From positions 21,948,001-22,012,000 of the forward strand of contig OY740789.1 in assembly GCA_963514005.1 (NCBI GenBank): 64,000 bases of DNA, given 5' to 3'. The stretch's first letter is position 1. The number at the start of each line of letters is the position of its first letter. A program made the translations under genes and the position numbers. Under the pieces are notes generated by a model. That model made no database searches. It saw nothing but the letters and a program-made list of their open reading frames with translations, and was not told the origin of the DNA. This document shows, one piece after another, positions 60,949 to 64,000 of the stretch. Source of the stretch: Raja brachyura. Its lineage: Eukaryota.

Positions 60949-61986
60949 TAGCAATGTTACAAAATTTTGAGATTTAAAAAATCAAGTCTGCAATTTATCC
61001 CATTAGATAAAGCATAAAAATAAGTTTAATTTGACAGCTAATTCACTTTCATATCTTCAGTATTAAAAAAGTTATGGCCATTTTCATACTCGGAAATTAG
61101 CATCTTGTTCCCCGTTGCCTTTCCATTGACTTAACTCAAAAGCTGTGATCTGGAACAGTTAAAAGCCCATGACTTCCTTAAAAATTAAGAGAACTCAATG
61201 AAAAATTCAGTTATTATAGATTGAAGCATTCTGAAACAAATATGAAACAATCTTACTTGGATGACCTGAAATTAAAGCATATAATTAGTTAGATACCTAA
61301 TTGTAGCTAATTACAAAATTCAATTACTAGATCTAAACATCTATCTATTTCTTAAGAAATGATAAACATTTTTAAAATGCCTAAATGTCCAAATAACATT
61401 CACACTATAATCCACAGTATAACATGATTTTTAAATCTCATTTTCATGAATTTATAGGCCAAATTGAAGGAATTTAGTGTTTAATTCCTGTAAATTAATG
61501 GCCATTTAAATCAACGTGAGTGGGTTTTAGTGGAACGCGGCGGACTGGAACGTTGCGGTTTGCGGTGAATTTAACCCACAGTCGGCAGGGAAAATACAGC
61601 CGGTTCATTTCTTTTGTCCCCTTTTTGCATGGTGAAAATTTGATTAAAGGCTTCCCAAGAAGCACGTTTTTATGTAAAAATAAACTGTGTAGCTTCTTTT
61701 ATCGCCTACATTAGGTCCGTTCCGCTGTCGGCGTTCACGGCTTTAGAAGATTATTTTTAAACTACTCTAGCTAATAAATGATCTAGCGTAGTTTAAAAAT
61801 ACTTTCATAAAACAAATGTCAGAGCGATTTCTCTTTAGCAACAAAATCGCCTGAGATTGATCGATTTGGACTGCCTGGGGAAAAACGGCATTTTAAACCC
61901 GCCCCCCTCTGAAAGTCACCAAAGTCGCGCACACGGGGAGTGGCAGAACTGCAGCACCGCTAAAGGTAGGTATTGTAACATGCCTG
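60949..61986. mobile_element. Non-autonomous TIR DNA transposon, copy 2 (complete, ~1.04 kb)
   Basis: TAGCAATGTTACAA ... TTGTAACATGCCTG imperfect TIRs; colinear with 1-875. Confidence 0.72.
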
Positions 61987-62513
61987 CAGATAATATTTGA
62001 TGATCCAACAGAGACCTTTTAAATTACATGTGCTTCCTAACTAGTCATGTGGTTTGCTCCACGTTTGAATGCAAATGAGCAAGAATTATTGGTCAAAACT
62101 TTGCGATCCAATTTATGTCTGTTGTATATGTACACTACACACATTGATGGCATAATCCCATGCACAAATGAGATTGTGACATTTTTTAAATATGCAACAA
62201 ATTTTTTTATGTGAGACTTTTCTGAATGTTCTTGCTGTAACTCTGACTGCATTACTAAACTGGAGCACTGGAGCAAGGTGCCTCTTGTTTGCTTGGAATC
62301 ATGCTTTGAACTGATTTGTAGCATTCTAAAAAGTTTAGGATACACTTAAAATATGCAAACGTTTCATTTCTGCAGCAAGATAAAGCCCATATAGTCCTGT
62401 TTAGTGATTTAATGTGTTGCAGCAATCAACAGAATTTAAAGATAGATTTATTAAAAAAAGATAACATTTATATTTTCTCCCAAATGGCAGAAAATCTGGA
62501 ATTTGTTTCCTAC

Positions 62514-62687
62514 CTTCAGAGGTAATATGCATGGCAGCTTGGCTAAAAATGCTTGAAAGTGATTACAGATTGTAGTCCAGAGGTTACTCGGTAAATCCAT
62601 TGGTAAAGCTTCCATGTAAGTAGCTATGTTATCTAAACAACGAAGCATAGCTCCTCCTGCTGGTAAGTTCTTCTTATTGTTTAAACC
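62514..62687 (-). CDS. UNC79: UNC79 exon
   Basis: GLNNKKNLPAGGAMLRCLDNIATYMEALPMD...KLPCILPLK; AG/GT. Confidence 0.97.
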
Positions 62688-62814
62688 CTGTGTCATATTT
62701 GGATCACAAATTTGAGTGTAACACATCAAGGTATTAAGAAATACATTAATTACCGTCTTTCACATTTAACTTGGCATAAATATGTATTTTACTGATTACA
62801 TTTATTTCACGTCC

Positions 62815-63235
62815 ACAAGTTAGGCCATTCAGCCCATCGAGTCAAGTCTGCCATTCAATCATGGCTGATCACTGCCTCCTAATCCCATTTTCCTGCCTTC
62901 ACCCCATAACCCTTGACACCCGTTCTAATCAAGAATTTGTCTATCTTTGCCTTAAAAATATCCACTGACTTGGCCTCCACAGCCCTCTGTGGCAATGAGT
63001 TCCGCAGATGAACAACCCTCTGACTAAAGAAGTTCCTCCTCACCTCCTTTCTTAATTCTGAGGACCTCTGGTCCTCGACTCTCCCACCAGTGGAAACAAC
63101 CTTTCCACATCCACTCTATCTATGCCTTTCATTATTCTGTAAGTTTCAATGAGATCCCCCCTCAACCTTCTAAACTCTAATGAGTAGAGGCCCAGTGCTG
63201 TCAAGCGCTCATCATATGCGAACCCACTCATTCCA
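62815..63235 (-). mobile_element. CR1 3' end
   Basis: Similar to the reverse complement of 28320-28780. Confidence 0.8.
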
Positions 63236-63305
63236 ACTATTTCTGTTACAGAGCATTATCAAAAAGCACTCAGAATGTGCCAGCTCTTTCTACAGACTCC
63301 AGTAC

Positions 63306-63391
63306 CTCCAGGAGTTGATTCAGCGCAGCCACAGAACTTAGCTCGTTGAAGTCCATCAATGACGATGCCATAGTTCGAAGGAAGCTTCCGT
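63306..63391 (-). CDS. UNC79: UNC79 exon
   Basis: (D)GSFLRTMASSLMDFNELSSVAALNQLLE; phase 1-0. Confidence 0.96.
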
Positions 63392-63497
63392 CTAAATGTG
63401 AAAAAGTTTTGTTATTTCTGAGTTTAAGGAACCGTAAATGCCAGGATTTATTATTTATATATTATTGAAGTTACATCTCTTACAAGTTATATCTAAC

Positions 63498-63610
63498 CTT
63501 TGATGTTGCTTTGAAATAGTTGTGGAAGAATGCCATTGGGAGCTAGCTGATGAAAAATACAGCGTAGAAATTGCTTCGCCACACCAGCAGCATTGCCAGG
63601 AATCAACATG
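63498..63610 (-). CDS. UNC79: UNC79 exon (most 5' in window; gene continues beyond it)
   Basis: MLIPGNAAGVAKQFLRCIFHQLAPNGILPQLFQSNIK; phase 2-1. Confidence 0.96.
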
Positions 63611-64000
63611 CTTAAAAAAAAGAAAATGCAGAAATATTTCATATTGTTAAACATTTATTCAAATGTATGGAATGAAATGTCATCAATGAAAATATATGTA
63701 ATTGAAACTGTCAAATATTAAGATACCAACATCATAATATTAAAACCATAGTTGTAAAAGGAATCACAACAGCATTTTACTGGAAAGCAAAGATCCCAGT
63801 TTCTCCGAACTGCACGTAGGAAATATAGAACAGATTGGCCTTCATCATTTATGCTGTTAACTGATAGTGCCAGAAGAAGTGCCATGAGGAGCCCAGCAAC
63901 TTGGATTTGAAACATGAAAGTCACAGCTCCCAGAACTGATCAGTAATTTGCATTGGGATTGTGGTGGTGGGAGGGGTAGGAGGAGGAGGAGGGAGGGGAG

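Noticed and set aside
63718-63924. Hydrophobic minus-strand ORF as a further UNC79 exon
   Set aside because: It does not resemble the expected upstream UNC79 sequence as I recall it, and I found no convincing phase-2 splice fit. Treated as intron.

Overview
Vertebrate genomic DNA, very probably a cartilaginous fish (skate/ray-like; inferred from HE1/V-type SINEs and the CR1 and Penelope-like repeat spectrum). The right half carries the last 14 coding exons of UNC79 on the minus strand (63610 to stop at 29755; all GT-AG and phase-consistent). Most of the rest is transposon-derived. It includes a very young intact Ty3/Gypsy element (2428-10766: TATA TSD, tRNA-Pro PBS, -1 frameshift plus pseudoknot), a full-length frameshifted Rex1/Babar-type LINE with a 70-bp target duplication, and a Helitron-like 5' end seeding a 6.8-kb minisatellite with an internal inversion. 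There are also two copies of a TIR element and many CR1, SINE and Penelope fragments. Two observations stand out. (1) A ~136-nt TSD-flanked retroelement, present twice, whose 5' end is exactly G1 of a minimal HDV/CPEB3-like ribozyme fold. (2) An exact 77-bp duplication in each Gypsy LTR that brackets a GT-AG intron containing the poly(A) signal, suggesting a splice-and-regenerate LTR cycle. All alignments and folds were done by eye, and repeat-fragment boundaries are approximate.
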